From a virus: DNA of 64,000 bases. Shown here piece after piece: positions 48,401 through 63,400 of this stretch (its first letter is position 1; the number at the start of each line of letters is the position of its first letter). The stretch covers positions 24,101 through 88,100 of IMG/VR virus record IMGVR_UViG_3300032242_000965; one strand, given 5' to 3'. The notes under the pieces are model-generated. The model saw nothing but the letters and a program-made list of their open reading frames with translations, had not been told where the DNA came from and searched no databases. Both the position numbers and the translations under genes were made by a program.

Positions 48401-51400
48401 CTTAGTAGATTCATTATAGTTAGAGGTTAATGTAATATGTGAATCGTCAGTAACAACATCAACTATATACCCGAAACCGTTAATAGATAATTTTGTACCA
48501 TGTGCTAATTCTTTGTCAAATAATGTACCATTACCAACAACATTTTTACTACCATGTGTCAATAACAATGATCCAGTTATCAACACCTGATTATTATTAG
48601 TAATAATTCCCTTGATACTTAATGTTCTAGGATATAGTTCTTGACCTTTCAATGCCACATCAATCGGAATAATATCTTCTGGGCTGAAACTATTACCATA
48701 GTATACTGTACCAGGATAACTTATACCACTAACTAATTGTGGTAAGTCTTTTGCCGGCATATTGATAGCAGGTTGATAGTAAGCCACAATTCTGTCTAAT
48801 GCATTTATTGACCTATCGTCACTTTGTAATAATATCCATTTAGTTGAATCAAATACTGTATCGTTGTTGCTTTCAATACAACGCCAAACTCTATCAGCAT
48901 ATGATACTATAGAACTAGTATCATACTTATAACTTAATCCAAGCATGAATGGTTCTGGTATATATGCAAAATCTGATATGTTTGCAGTATCTGAATTATA
49001 GTCTAATAGCGTAGCATCTTCACCGGTTATTAGATTAATAGATGTATTATCTACTAGATTATTATTATGTTTATAATTGAATTCATCATATGTCACGGGC
49101 TTCTTCATACCTGGGTCATGGAACACTTGTACTTGTGTTTCATTTATAGGTTGAATATAATAAATATCAAACACTTTAGGGCTGACTCCGATTACTGAAA
49201 CTGATGATATTCCACCAACTATGTGTGCGCCACCGGATGCTGGATTACTAATTGTTTCTACAGTTATTTGTACATCATTAACTCCAGCAAGTCCGCCTAA
49301 TGCTGATCCGGATACATTTATCACTTCACCTACATAATGCTGTGTGCCACCGTCAATAATTTTAACAAAATATGTTTGTGTTACATCATATGGATTAAAT
49401 CTAGGTTTATGTATTTCAATTAATCCTCCGTTTCCATTAGGATTGGATACAGAGGTTGGATCTGAATTATGATAGAAATATGTTTTGGCACCTTGAATTT
49501 GTCCAGGATGTAATCTACTAGGTGTATAATCTAATCTTACTATTACATTATTAGAACTATCATATGTTACCCCGTGATCCACAGTAGGACCTGAAATGGT
49601 TTCTGACTTTATAGGTAGTACTGCACCTTGCAAACTAGCAAAATTACTATCTAAAGCAACACCTTCAACAGTAATATTTTGTATAGAGCCTGTGGTTGGT
49701 GCTGGGTGTAAAGTATTAGTTACAGCTGATGCACGTGTTACTTTACCTAAATATGCTTCAACAATATTAATAGTTAAATCATTTGTTGTAGTACTACCAC
49801 CCAGTCTGTCACCTGATATCATTACAGTATCACCGGTTACATAATTTGTGCCAGGATTACCAATATTAATTGTTGCAGTATATTTTGAAACTGCATATTT
49901 TGCAAAATATATACCATCATCACCGGTATAGTCACTAGCCAATGTCATTAGTACGTTACTACTAACAGTACCCACAGTTGCTAAAGTATGTAAATGAAGG
50001 ATAGGACTACCATCAGTATTAAATTTGTCCTGAATTCTTATAACAAACTCAGGTAATACTTCAGTAAAGTTAGTACCTTCACATGTATGCTTAATACTAG
50101 TATCCGTGATTGTTTGGCTTACACTAATAGTACACTTAGATATATAACTAACACCTGATTTAGTACCAGGAACGTTTATATAATCGGTAATTATATAAGG
50201 TGTTACTCCACTAGCCGCAGTACTTGTAACATAAGCACCTATTTCTATAGTCCCTGAGGTTAGTTCTATTACATATAAATCTGTGCCATCAATAAAACAT
50301 TTGAACTCACAAGCAGATGCACCAGTCACTACATTACTACCTTTTGTAAGTATTAATACTTTACCTATGAAATCCTGGCTAGTTGTACTAACTGTCACAT
50401 TAAATCCTGCACCAGTGCCTACTCCACTAGTAGTATCTTGATTTAAGGGACCATAAGAAGTTGATACACTATCTACTACTATAAAGCAGTTATTTGTTCC
50501 TGTAATACCAGATAGTGTTGCACCAGGCACAGTAATTGTATCAAATACTTTATAGTTTTGTCCCCCGTCGGTAAGTTTTGCATTGTAACTTCCACCCAAC
50601 AATACATTAGTTACTGTGAGCTTTGCACCTGTTCCTACTGCACGACTAAAGATCCAATTAGAGTAGGTTCCAGATCCGTTAATAACATTAACATTAACCG
50701 TAATATTAGATCCATCGATGATGGTAATAATACCCTGTAAATTAATATTAGTGTTTGAGGTATAACTAATTTTTACTAACATCCCAACTTGATATGAACC
50801 GACTGTGTTAACCGCCCACGTTTGTAATGTAGTCTCTAAATGTATACTAGAACTTGAAGTTGTACCGGTATATCCTGAACCAGTGACTGCAACGGGGGTA
50901 GTTGAACCAGTAATATCAGTATACGGTCTTCCATGATATGCTACATCTACTGTTTCAGATATTGTTACATCACTACTGACTGCACTTATACCGAATTGAT
51001 TATACTTACTTCCCCAGAATTTATTAGGTTCCCACGGTACTATTTTTGAAACATAACTAGTTCTATCAAATCTTAATGTATTTGATATACCGCGAACATT
51101 TAGGTTGCTAGTGATTGCAATTGCACGTCCAGTTACACTGAATATGTATTCATTGCCGGTAAATACCTCAGTAATAGTACCTGCATGAAGTTTTATTCTA
51201 TCATGACCAATCAAACTAGCATTCAATGTTTTATGTAATGTTATTGATAGTAATTCAATATCTTCTATTTGTGCAATTACATATACATAATAGTAACCGT
51301 CTACGATAGATCCTTTACCGTTAACGCAAGATGATTTAATTAAGTCACCTGTTTGTAGATAAGTGCTAGGGACAATGATTGTATCATTAATAAAGTTAAG

Positions 51401-54400
51401 ATTGCTTTGTGCAAATTTTACATCATAACTACTAGTAAATCTAATTTCAGGAGTAACTGGATAATTCTCACCTGGATCTATTATATTGATAGATATAACT
51501 TTACCATCAGACATAACCGGTTCTAATACTGCTTCACGTGTTGGTGATGGATATATTGTAGTATCAATATGTGCAGTAATTTTGGGCGGGTCTATATAAC
51601 CTCTACCAGTTTCTAATACAACTACACCGGGTAGATCCATAGTAATAACTATACCTGGATAATGGTCTGATACATAAGAATTATTGATCCCTCTAGTTAA
51701 TCCTGACACCAATCCAGTGTCTCTATTAACAGTATTATATCCTATAATTTCACTATCAATATACAAGGTACCTGCGTCAGGCATACCTCTAGCATTATCT
51801 ATTAATAATGTATTACTAGTAGGTGTCATATATATTTTCAGTATACCTATCTCAAAGTTAGGTATATCTTTTAATGACAATCCATAATTACTATGCCAAT
51901 CAGTATAATTACTGTTGGTCCATATGCTATCTCCAATTGCATATTCATTCTTTGTATTGTTAGGATTTATAAAAGATAGTTGTGGACTTATAAATTTACC
52001 TGTTTTAGAATTATATATTGGATTAATATCAAAATCAGTCGTGTTTGAATATACATTATCAGTATGTGTATAACGCAAATCAAAATCTTTAATGACAGTA
52101 TGATATGGCTTAACTTCATTAATATAACCACTTAGAAGTGTTGTATTATCTACGTGGTAATTTACTTCTTGTTGCAAATCACGAACCGTATAAGTTACAT
52201 CTGCAAAACTAGTTTTATTTAACCATGGCAGATAGTTATTACCGCTTACATTTTCACTTTGTATATATTCAAACATCAGTATCAAACTCTTATTACGATG
52301 TTCTAATAGTGGACCAGTAAAGATTTGTTCATTTAATGCACGAATAATATAATATGTTTCTAGCGCAGGGAATGTATCGAAACTATCAGTGTCAAAGAAG
52401 TTGTCACCGAATCCAATCTTATTAGTTTGATAGTCCCATAATTTACTTGAGAACTGTATTGTTCCGTTTTGCAATCCTATACGTGTCCATGCACCGCTAG
52501 TGTATATGTATACTTCACGCTTTCCTTGACCGTTCTTAGCAACACCTACAATAAGTCCCTCTGTAGCAGTTAATTTGTATAAGTCTGCATACATACCAAC
52601 TTCAATTTTTGTTTTTGTCGTATCGTTATATCCAGTTGCCCACCAATAGATATTAGACCAATAACTACTAGTATCAAAATAATCACCCGACATGGCTAGA
52701 TATGTTAAATTACTAAACTCATTGATAGGATACTGAGCAAGAACTTTATTAGCATATCCTAAATAATTTTTTAATGCATTGAATCTATCAATAAACATAC
52801 TTTGTCTAGGTCTTACACCAATACCTGTTTGCATATAAGCAGGTAATGTATAGTTTGGAACACTAGAACCTATCAAGTCTACACCAGCAAAACTTTCTAA
52901 TAATCTATTATACAATCCTTCTGGACTATCATGTCCTAAACTATAGTTTGGTAAGCCTGGCAAGAAATCACTAGGATTATTATTTTGTATTAATTTGAAT
53001 TGATTCTGTATTACGGCTTCATTTGATCCAGAACCAAAACCTAAATGCATATTAGTATGCAAGCCGTTTATATAATCACGCACATTATACAATGCATAGG
53101 TATCACTACGTAATGGTGCCATGTATGAAATACCTGAATTTTGCGGACGAGTTATATATCTTTCTAGTATACTATCAGTTAATGTCTTATCACTATTATG
53201 TACTGCATTTGTATTTCTTACCCAGTAATAATAATTCTGTACTAGACTATTATTAGAATTAACTGCATATGTTGATGTATACTTTTGTAAATCGTATGGT
53301 GTTCCGGGTCCTGTATAGTTCACAGGAGTCACATCACTTTCTATCCAAGTATATACAGTTACATCACTACCAGGGAAAATTTGTCCCCAATACTTAGCGT
53401 TATATGCCAAATCATCCTGATGATAATTCAAGAACCTAGTAGTACTAGTATTGAACCATGTTTTACCAACTTGCTTGATACTCCAAATCATTGTACTAGA
53501 AACTGTAGTTCTATGATTATATCCGGCTGGGTCAGAGATTCCAATAAAGTCTAAATTCTCTCTTACCGCACCTAATAATTTACCACGTAACGGATCGATG
53601 TAATCTAAACTAACTAGATTTTCATCAGTAATGTTGTTATATAATTGAACTTTTTGAATCTTATCAATGTCAACTACATTTGTACTATTTCTATAGATAC
53701 TCCAGTTTGGTGATCCATATGCATTTTCATATACAGTAACTCTTCCACCAACTTGATCAGCTACAAAATTAGGACTACCTATTACAATAATGTTATCATT
53801 GAATGAAAGACTATTACCATACAAAGGCAATGCTCCATATACTGATATACTATCATTAACTGGTTGAGAATAAATGTATTCACCTGAGTTCAATAAACTT
53901 TCATTATATGGTTTGATATAATCATACATATAAGCCGCGCCTGCATTATAGAATACATCTTCAAATGTAGTAAGATTTAAATCAAACACAGTATTGTAAT
54001 GCATCTCGCTGCTTATCATATCAAAGAATGTACCAGCATAACGATCGGCTTTAGGTGCAGTAACTACAAAACTATTTTGTTCATTGAATGCCACTCTATA
54101 CCCAAACTGACTGTTATTCTGTACATGTGGTTCTCTGATAATTTGTGTCTTGGTATAAGGTGCTATACCCATTAGATAGAAGTAATTACCATTAAATGCG
54201 GTTATGTTAAGTTTATTATTATCAGCACCTAACTCAACACTTAACAAACGAATAACCAATCTGTCATCTTCAGTTACATATGCAAATATGTTCGGTACTT
54301 TAGTGAGATTAATTGCATTTGCAATTCCATATGCATCAAGACCATTAGTAAAATCTAGGAATACTGAATAACCATTAATAAACAAAATGGTTTTTGATAC

Positions 54401-57400
54401 TGATTGTCCACCTATAGTAATAGGTTGTAGATTAGCAACTATCTCGGCAGTTGCAAACCCATAACGTTTAGCTTCATTAGTAAAACGATATACTGCTCCG
54501 TTTTGACCTGGCTTAGTTTGGTCATATATTGCACCTACTATTACTTCACTACCGGTATTGTTGGTTGCTATGCTAGTTCCAAATTGTTGATTGGCTATTA
54601 CTCCGTCAATATTATCATAACTAGTCAATGATTGCATTAATACTAAACTAGGACTACTTACTGTGATAACATCACCTGCTTTAATACCTAATACTTTACT
54701 AAAGAATATTTCTGGGATCTGACCTGCATATCTAACATTATAGAATGTCTTTGACAATGGCTTACCGTTAAGAGAAATTCTAGTATGATCCATTAAGAAG
54801 TTATCTAATGGCCAAGGTAATGCAATTACTAATATATCTGGGTTATAGTCTAACTTGAATGTTTCAATTAATCTATCAAACGCCCAAACAATACCAACAT
54901 TAGGTGAGGGAGGAATAGTTTCATTATCTACTAATCTAACATGGTATGTAGGTGAACCAATGAATATCTTACTTGCATCATAATTAACAGCGATGCTTGC
55001 ACCAAAGTTATCATTGCTTTGGTACAATACTGTTTTCCATGCAATTGATGCCATTACAGGATCACTACTAGTTGGTCCGTTATAATTACTATCTAGTGTA
55101 ATAGTTTTTGTTGTAGTTCCAGTTATATTAGCTATAGTAAATGTATCATAATCTTCAGTATTAGTATTGTAAATTGTAATTGTGCCACCTTTCATATCAG
55201 ATATGATAGATAGTGAAAATGTTGCATCCAATGTTACAGCACTACTACCGTTAGTTACTGATACTAAAACTTCTCTAGGATTCTTCAAATCACCTGGGTT
55301 TTTACCTAAATAATAAGTGTCAAATGATGACATATTAATAGGTCCCATAAAGTTAAACTGGTTATTAACAGTGGCAATGAATATATTGTTAGATGCAATT
55401 ACATCACCGTTATTTAAATCTATTTCTTGTAAGTATGAAGATCCGTGATTTATATTTTTATTATCTATGAAATCATTTCTAATTCCAGCCAATTGATTAA
55501 TACTAAGACTATATCCTATACGTTCAACTGTATGTATTACTGTTTTATCTATAGTAGTAGTAACTATAATTTCTGAATCTTTAGCAGGAGCAACATCTAA
55601 TATAATCTTGTCTTTTACTAATTGATAATTAAATATGTTAGACCATATAATTTTTGCATTGATTGGGCTGGTTGTGGTGTTGCCCTTAAAATTACTGTCC
55701 AATGTTATAATTTTTGTTGGATTAGAAGCATCTATATCAGCGATAATAAAGGTATCATACTTGTATGTATTGTCATTATAAATTACAATCTTTCCACCTA
55801 TCATGCTAGTAGTAACTGCAATGTTGATTGTGGTTACTATATTACTATCGTTAGTTGCTGATATTAATATAGTTATTGGTGCAGACACTTGGATGTTGCT
55901 GTAATTTTTTGCAAGGTGTCCATAGTTACTATTGGGAATAGCAATATCAATTTTATTTCGCACTACTCCGGTTGGATCAGTAGAAGTCAAATCAAAGGTT
56001 GTTGTAGTACCATCACCAATTAAGGTATCTATAATAGTGTCAATATACTCGCTAGTTATTACAGTAACATAGTCAGGTAATAAGTTAGTATATGTCCATG
56101 CCGGAGTATTGACAGGGAAATATGGTTTAAATTCTAAATGAGTTGTTAGATATGTATAGTAGGTATCTAATGTCTTAAATAACAAATCATATGAAAGTGG
56201 ATTACAGTAATCATTGACATAAAACTTAGTAACATTTGTATTTAGGTCATATACATAGTTAGTCAATGTGACAAGATAATCTGTGTTATCATTAGTCGGG
56301 TCAATTGCTATATGTGTGCCAGGAGTTAATTCACCAGAAATTGAGAAATAATAGTTTCTACGTGTTGTGCCAAACGTTCTTAGTGACAGTTCAGGATTAG
56401 TAGTATCCAAGTCCTCAGCAGGTACATTATGTGCACCGTCATATGTCCATTGAATAGTTGCATTGATTGTTCCGGTAGGATCAGGATAATTGCTATCTAA
56501 TGTTATACTTTTAGTTGTAGTTCCAGTTATATTGGTTATATTAAAGGTATGACTTCCAATAGTAATTGTACTATAATTCTTCATGTCAGATATGACATCT
56601 GTGGAATTAGTAACTATTGTAGGAGAATATTGAGTTACACCTATTCTTAAATTAATTTTCTTTCCTTCAAACCCAAAACCTAATATTACAGAAGTATTAT
56701 ATTGTTTATATTGCAAGAATGTAATACGTTTGCCCTGTGGTATAGAATTTTTTGCGTTACCATCAACTACAAAGAATTTATCTAATGGATTTGTTGGTGC
56801 AGCAAGTTGTGATATTAATGGTGTATCTTGTTTATTACCTAATACTGGCAACAATGTATAATCAACTTGACGATGGAAGTAAAGTACGCTGTTAACTTTG
56901 GGTGCGCCTACAAACAAATAGTTGCTATCACCACTAAATGCCATACTAGTACCTGCATATGTACCGTTGACAGTTAATACTTGTTCTTCAACCAATGCCG
57001 CTACTTCTTGTAGTGATACAATTCTATAAACATATAATTTACTTACTGTGTCACTTGGCTGGCTTACAATCATAAATTCACTACTGCGAGCCATAGTAGT
57101 ACCAAAGCCTACATCTTTTGTGATAGTATCAATTCTAATAGTACCGATACCACTACGAATATATTTGTAGACTCTTCCTACTGGACCTAAATCAGGATCT
57201 ATATAGTTAGGATCACTTATGTAGTAACCCAATTGCGGTAGATATGCTACTGCACTACCTAATTTACCATTGTTGATGTTTGGTATTTCAAAGTTAACAT
57301 CATAGTAGTTAATATTCTTTTGATATACTGCCCAGTTATTAGTTGCGGTTTGGTCTACCCAAACTTTTGCAGTAGTATATTCAAAGTTTAATAATGGTAA

Positions 57401-60400
57401 AGTGTTTATCTTAGTAGGTGAACTTACTCTCATTGGCTGAAATCTATATATTAATACAGGATTATCAAACATAACTGTTGTTATATTTGATGCCAATGCC
57501 AAAGTAATAATTATAGATTTGTTATTTGATATTTGTTCTACTGTGTAAAAACCATTAATGATAGTATTAGTGTTTGTATCTTTATTGATAACAGCAATTG
57601 TATCATACTGTGATAATCCATGTGGTGTAGCGAAGTTTATTGTACATGTGTTATTCAAATTATTGACTAATGAAGTCATCATTAAGTCTAAACCTATAGG
57701 GGTATAGACATTCCAATCACCCTGTTTATCAGCAATCCAAATATAGTCATTCTTATAAATTAAATTTGTTACCAAATTACTAATACGTTCAACTGTATAT
57801 GAATATAATGTGATATCGTCCAAGTTAGCATACCCCGCACTTGGTAAACTAGTAATACTATTATCACCTATAGTAGGCAATACACTAGTAGTGTTTATTG
57901 TGCGACCGTAGTTTTTAATATTATATAATGGTACTTGTTGTTCTGCTATATCTACATTATTACCATTAATTAAACTTACGATTGCAGGATTACCTGTCAA
58001 TAGATTTTCATCTAATGTGAATTCTACAAAGTTATGATTTAGTACACCACCGTACTCACTATTCTTAATAGCCCAGTTTTCATTTATAGTATATGCTAAA
58101 TCATTATTCTGTATGGTAGCACCTTGGAAACTATTGATTATATCTAATGTTCCCTTTTCTGCAATCATATTTTTATAGATGTTAACTTGTGATATATCAT
58201 CTAGGTCGGCATCTGCTAGATAACTACGAGGTCTATAACCAATCAATGAGAAGCCTAACAAGTCACCGTCATTTTGAATATTACTTCTACGTGTATCATA
58301 GTAATATTCACTTTCACTTGCACGTGTATTTGGGTTAGCCAATATACCTGTATCAATCTTGTCATAACTAGTTAATGACCAGTCATTAAAATCAAACGTA
58401 TTAGTTGGAACGATAACTGTTTTATTAGCCATCCAGTATTTGCGCTTGTATATTACAATCGTACCTTTGGTATACTTTGTATTTTCTTTCCAATCAACTA
58501 CGTTGTTTTGATTTTGTATAAAGCCAGGTGCGTATAGTGTACCGTCCCATTGATTAGTCTTACTACCCTTAAGGTATAATCTTTGTTGACGCAACCCTGT
58601 AATTAAATTGTAAAGTACATCATTGAATACAGTTTCATTATCAAAAATAACGATATGTTCTGCAATACTAGTATCCGCACGTAGATAACTTATTGTATCT
58701 CCGTTAGTCAATATCTTCATCTTAAACGTTGTATCTTTACGATAGATAGCCAAATCATTTAAATTGACCGGTATTAGATTTTGATTTAATACAAAGTTAT
58801 TTTGAGTTAATGTGAATGGTTGAATAATTCCAATTGGTTTCTCAATATGGAATTTATTTGAACATGGATTCAAATTGATTACGCTTCCAACTTCCCATCC
58901 AGTCTGCACCCAATATAATACTTCTGCAATCATTTGATTCCAGTCTAGTACTGTATTATTTTCTACATCATCAAATATTACGCCCTGTGTTGTTAGATAA
59001 TTACCATAACTTGCTAGCAAGTTAGCCAAATCAGTTATATTTTTATATTCTGTACCATAACTAGTATATTGCACCTGAGTTGAGTATTCAGAGTATATAT
59101 TAACTTTAAGATTCAATACAGTTATTAACTTTTGTTTTGTAGTGTTAGTAGGTATACTTGAAATAAAATATGTTTTATTTTGACTATTACCGTATACTTT
59201 ATATCCATTGGTAGTCTTCTGTACTATAACTGAACTATAAACAATAGTATCATTTGGTTCATTTGTATATTGTAAGATAGTATAACTATCATCCGGTACT
59301 ATCAATGAACTATTAGTGCTATTAGGGGATCCTTTTTCTATATAAAAGTTTACTTTATTTTTATCTGTATATCCACTAACTCTATAACTTAATCTTACAT
59401 CTACATAGGTTATAGTATTAGCAACTTGTTGTGTACCAGGTAAGCCATATTGATTTAGATAGTCAATGATCCAATTCATATAACTATGAGCAGCACTATT
59501 GGCATCATTTCCATATAATTGAAGTTGTTGTCTACCCGTAGTTCTAAATCTATTGTAAACTAGATATTGATTAAACTCATAGTTATATTTGTATACATCT
59601 AAGTCTAGTCCTAATGTAAAGAATTGTGCTGGCTTTGCTAATGCAAATATACGCATTAGGTCAAATGGCCATGTACTACTCTTTCTATAACTATATTCAG
59701 CAGGACCCACGTCACCAATAACCCAATCATTGTTGAATGTTGTTTTATTGTAGTTACGTATTACTGATTCAAACGGGCTTAATAACTCGCCTCTACTATT
59801 AACTGGTAAAATACTTAATAAGTCAGGTCTTATATAATTTTTATCGATATATGACTCACCATTATTATATATGTAGCCGTTACTTAAATCAGTCCATAAC
59901 AATAGATTCTCACTAGTATATGGTCCTAATCCATAACGCTCGTCCCACCAAGTTGGCTTAACTGGTAACCCTAGCATTTCCCAAGGAGTTGCATGAGGTG
60001 TTGCGGTGTCATAGAACCATAAATATATACCTCTCCAGTAACCCTGTTTAAGTGTAGTGTTGTCTAATTTGTTTTTAGCCTTACTATAATTCCATGTATA
60101 TTCATTAGTGCTGTCATAGTATTGGCTTGCAGTATCAATGCGATTTAATCCAACCCAGTTTAAGTAACTGGTTTTGTATAACTGCATTATCTGGTCGTAT
60201 GAATAATCAGTAGTTCTAAATTGTCCTGGGAATATATCTGCATATACTATTGGAGTTTTAGCATTTACTTTAATGTTATTATAAATTCTACATTCAAATT
60301 CAAATAGTACTTTGTCTCTAAAATCTATGATATTACCATAATCATCAAATGTATCATACATCTTTGTAAGACTACCATCATGACCTTTAATGAAGTAAGT

Positions 60401-63400
60401 TGGTTTTAAGTATGTCTCGTCTAATATAATTTCTGGAATAGAGACAGGATACAATCCTACTTTACTAGGAGTACTAGGTACAAAACTACCATATGTCTGA
60501 CTATATTCTTTAACAGTAACTGTATCACCATCATTAAGTTTGGCACTTAGTACTAAATATGGTGCATCAGGGTTGACAAAATAATCTACACCCTTCAACA
60601 TTAAATTGTTTTGCATTATACCATTAACAAGTCTTGAAGAATATACTAATACTGATTCATAATTAGCATTGTTAAAGTCATAGACTTTTGATAATGGATA
60701 TACCGTATTAGTTACTCCCACAGCAAATGTATATGTATTAGATATTGCTGGTGTTTTACTAGGTAACATGTCACTCCAAAAGAATGGACTAGATTGTGAT
60801 TTTGCACTAGTAATTATATCTAATGCATCATCTAATATATCACTTGCGCTATCATATGGTGTATAATCTTGTGAGTTTACTGTATTGATTAATAATGATT
60901 TGAATTTTACATACTCAGTAGCATTATAGTTTACTCCATTAAAGAAGTTTGCTTCTTGTCTACGTATAAATGCTGCCGCCGTAACCATTGTAGCACTATT
61001 TTGAATAATTCTAGTACCGTATGGTACAGGATTACCCAAGTCTCTATAGTTATTTGCACCAAATGATTGACCGGTCAGTCCAGGAATATTGTTACAAATA
61101 CTCTTATAGTGACCTCTAATGTCACCTGCATTTATAGTTGTAACTTGATAATTGAATGGGTTCTGTTGTAAATTGCTAGGTACCTGATAGTAACCTATAT
61201 TGCTTACAACATCACTATATGCCAATATAGTTATCAGGTCGCCGGCTGCTAGTGTTTGAGTAATAACGACAACGGTTTGAGTATTAGTTACTGTTGTAGT
61301 ATATGCATCAATTCTAGTGTTATTTACATATACTACACTAACTGGCCATGCTGTACTCGTACTATCTCTTAATGGTACATCTAATGTAAATGTGTTAGTT
61401 GTGTTAATATTTGTATATGTATAATCAAATACTTGATATTGAAAACTAGTATCAACTGCGGTTTCCCAACCTAATTTTCTAACATAATTTGTTTTATTTG
61501 TATACTGATAGACATAACCGTAATTTACAGGTTCATTGATACTTTGTCCATTGGATACATAGTTGAACGATTGGCTGTTTAACGTAGACTCAAAGTTAAT
61601 ATCATTTAGATTACCCACACCGCTATATTGAATCGGTATTCCTAACACCGTGTCTTTAACACCTGATCCTACGCTATATTGAAATAATGTACAACCTTTA
61701 AAATCAGTACCTGGATAATAATTACCATCGCCTAAACTTATACCATTACTATCAAACAAATCAAACAACGGTGCTTGATTAACAGTAGTTTTAGTTTGAC
61801 TATTAACCCATCCGTCTACGCTATCATAATAATAATTATAACCTTTATTAGTAACTCCATTAACAATAATAACTTGGTCACCTGAGGTTACATCACCGTC
61901 GCTTGCTTTGGTTAATGTAATAACTCTACTACCATTAACTGTTGCAATATTGGCTACAAAAATTTTATTTACGACTTCTGGATTTCTATCTTTTGCAAAT
62001 ATAATTCTACATCCATCGAATAAACTTGAATTTTCGCCATCAGGCAAATATATATTAGGATCAATACCTGCTATAGTGTTTAGTGCATCTGTGTTAACTG
62101 TATCAATATAATCAACTGGTGTTTTACCAAAAGTACCATGATATATTAACTTTAAGTTTGGATAAAATTCAATAATAGGACGTGATGCTCTATTAGTTCC
62201 AGTAGTCAGTGCTTTGTTAACAATTGGACTTAATAGATTATTCTCTGATATTGTTTTTAGTACATCAACATGGAACCAGCGATTACCCCTAGTCCAACCA
62301 TTTCTATCGATACTATTACGACTAATTGTAATATAGTCAGGTGTATATGGTAGATTAATTACATCGCCAAACCCTACTTGGTCAAATCCACTTGCAGGAT
62401 CATCAAACGGGGCACTAAATTCCTGACTATATAATTCTGGTACAATTAATTCGCTACTGGGTATTAACTGTATACTTGTTCCAACACCTTCTACATAATA
62501 AGTATCGTGTAGATATTTTGTTGGGAATACTCTTCCGACAAATTTTACTCTTAATCCATTTGAAAATTTTATTCCATTTGGGCTTGTATATGCTTTTTGT
62601 CCAATAATATCAAGTACATCGATAACTGCTGAGACTGTATCATCTATAAGTTTAATCTTACCAAACTTAAGTGAGTTTCCCTCATCCTGATAATATAGTG
62701 TACTGATTGCAGAAGTATTTGATGGGATTAGTGATATCTCCCCATAACTATTCTTAACAAATTTTCTGTCTATATATTCTGTTCCGGCAGCAATAACTAT
62801 TGTAGTATTATCAGCAATAGGCATTAATGGTACTAATTTAATAACTGGATCAAATTGATCTCCAACTAATGTTATCTTAAATATAGTACTAGTTATTGGT
62901 TCTCTTATGAAGTTTTCAAAATTAACAGTATCAAAGTTATCACTATCAAAAAAATCACTAATTATTGCTCTTTCATTAGGATTAGTGCCATAGAACAATA
63001 ACGTTTTATCTGCAACATTAATTACACCGTCAATATTCTTAATATCATATAAACGTCTTCCGTGTACGTTGTCAAAACTCAATGTTGTTACTAAATCAAT
63101 AGGAACACGACCTGGATAATTATTATCATCTTCTGCATTGCTTGTAGGAACATTATAAGTAAATGTACCTGAACTGACACCGTTAAATTCTATGCCATTA
63201 ATTTCTCTTGTGCTGAAGTTTTTTCTATTTGGATCAACACCGTCCATACCTGGCAATGATTGTATATAAAATTTACTTTTTTCATCAACTTGAAACGTAT
63301 ATGTACCACCACGAACTAGTGTCAATGTTGGGTTCTCTGTTGGGAGTAATGATCCATTTACTTCAAATTGATATGAATTAACATTGGAAATAACTTTAAT

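Noticed and set aside
1109-62111. Numerous short + strand ORFs in the track
   Set aside because: They are antisense shadows of long minus-strand genes with no recognisable motifs
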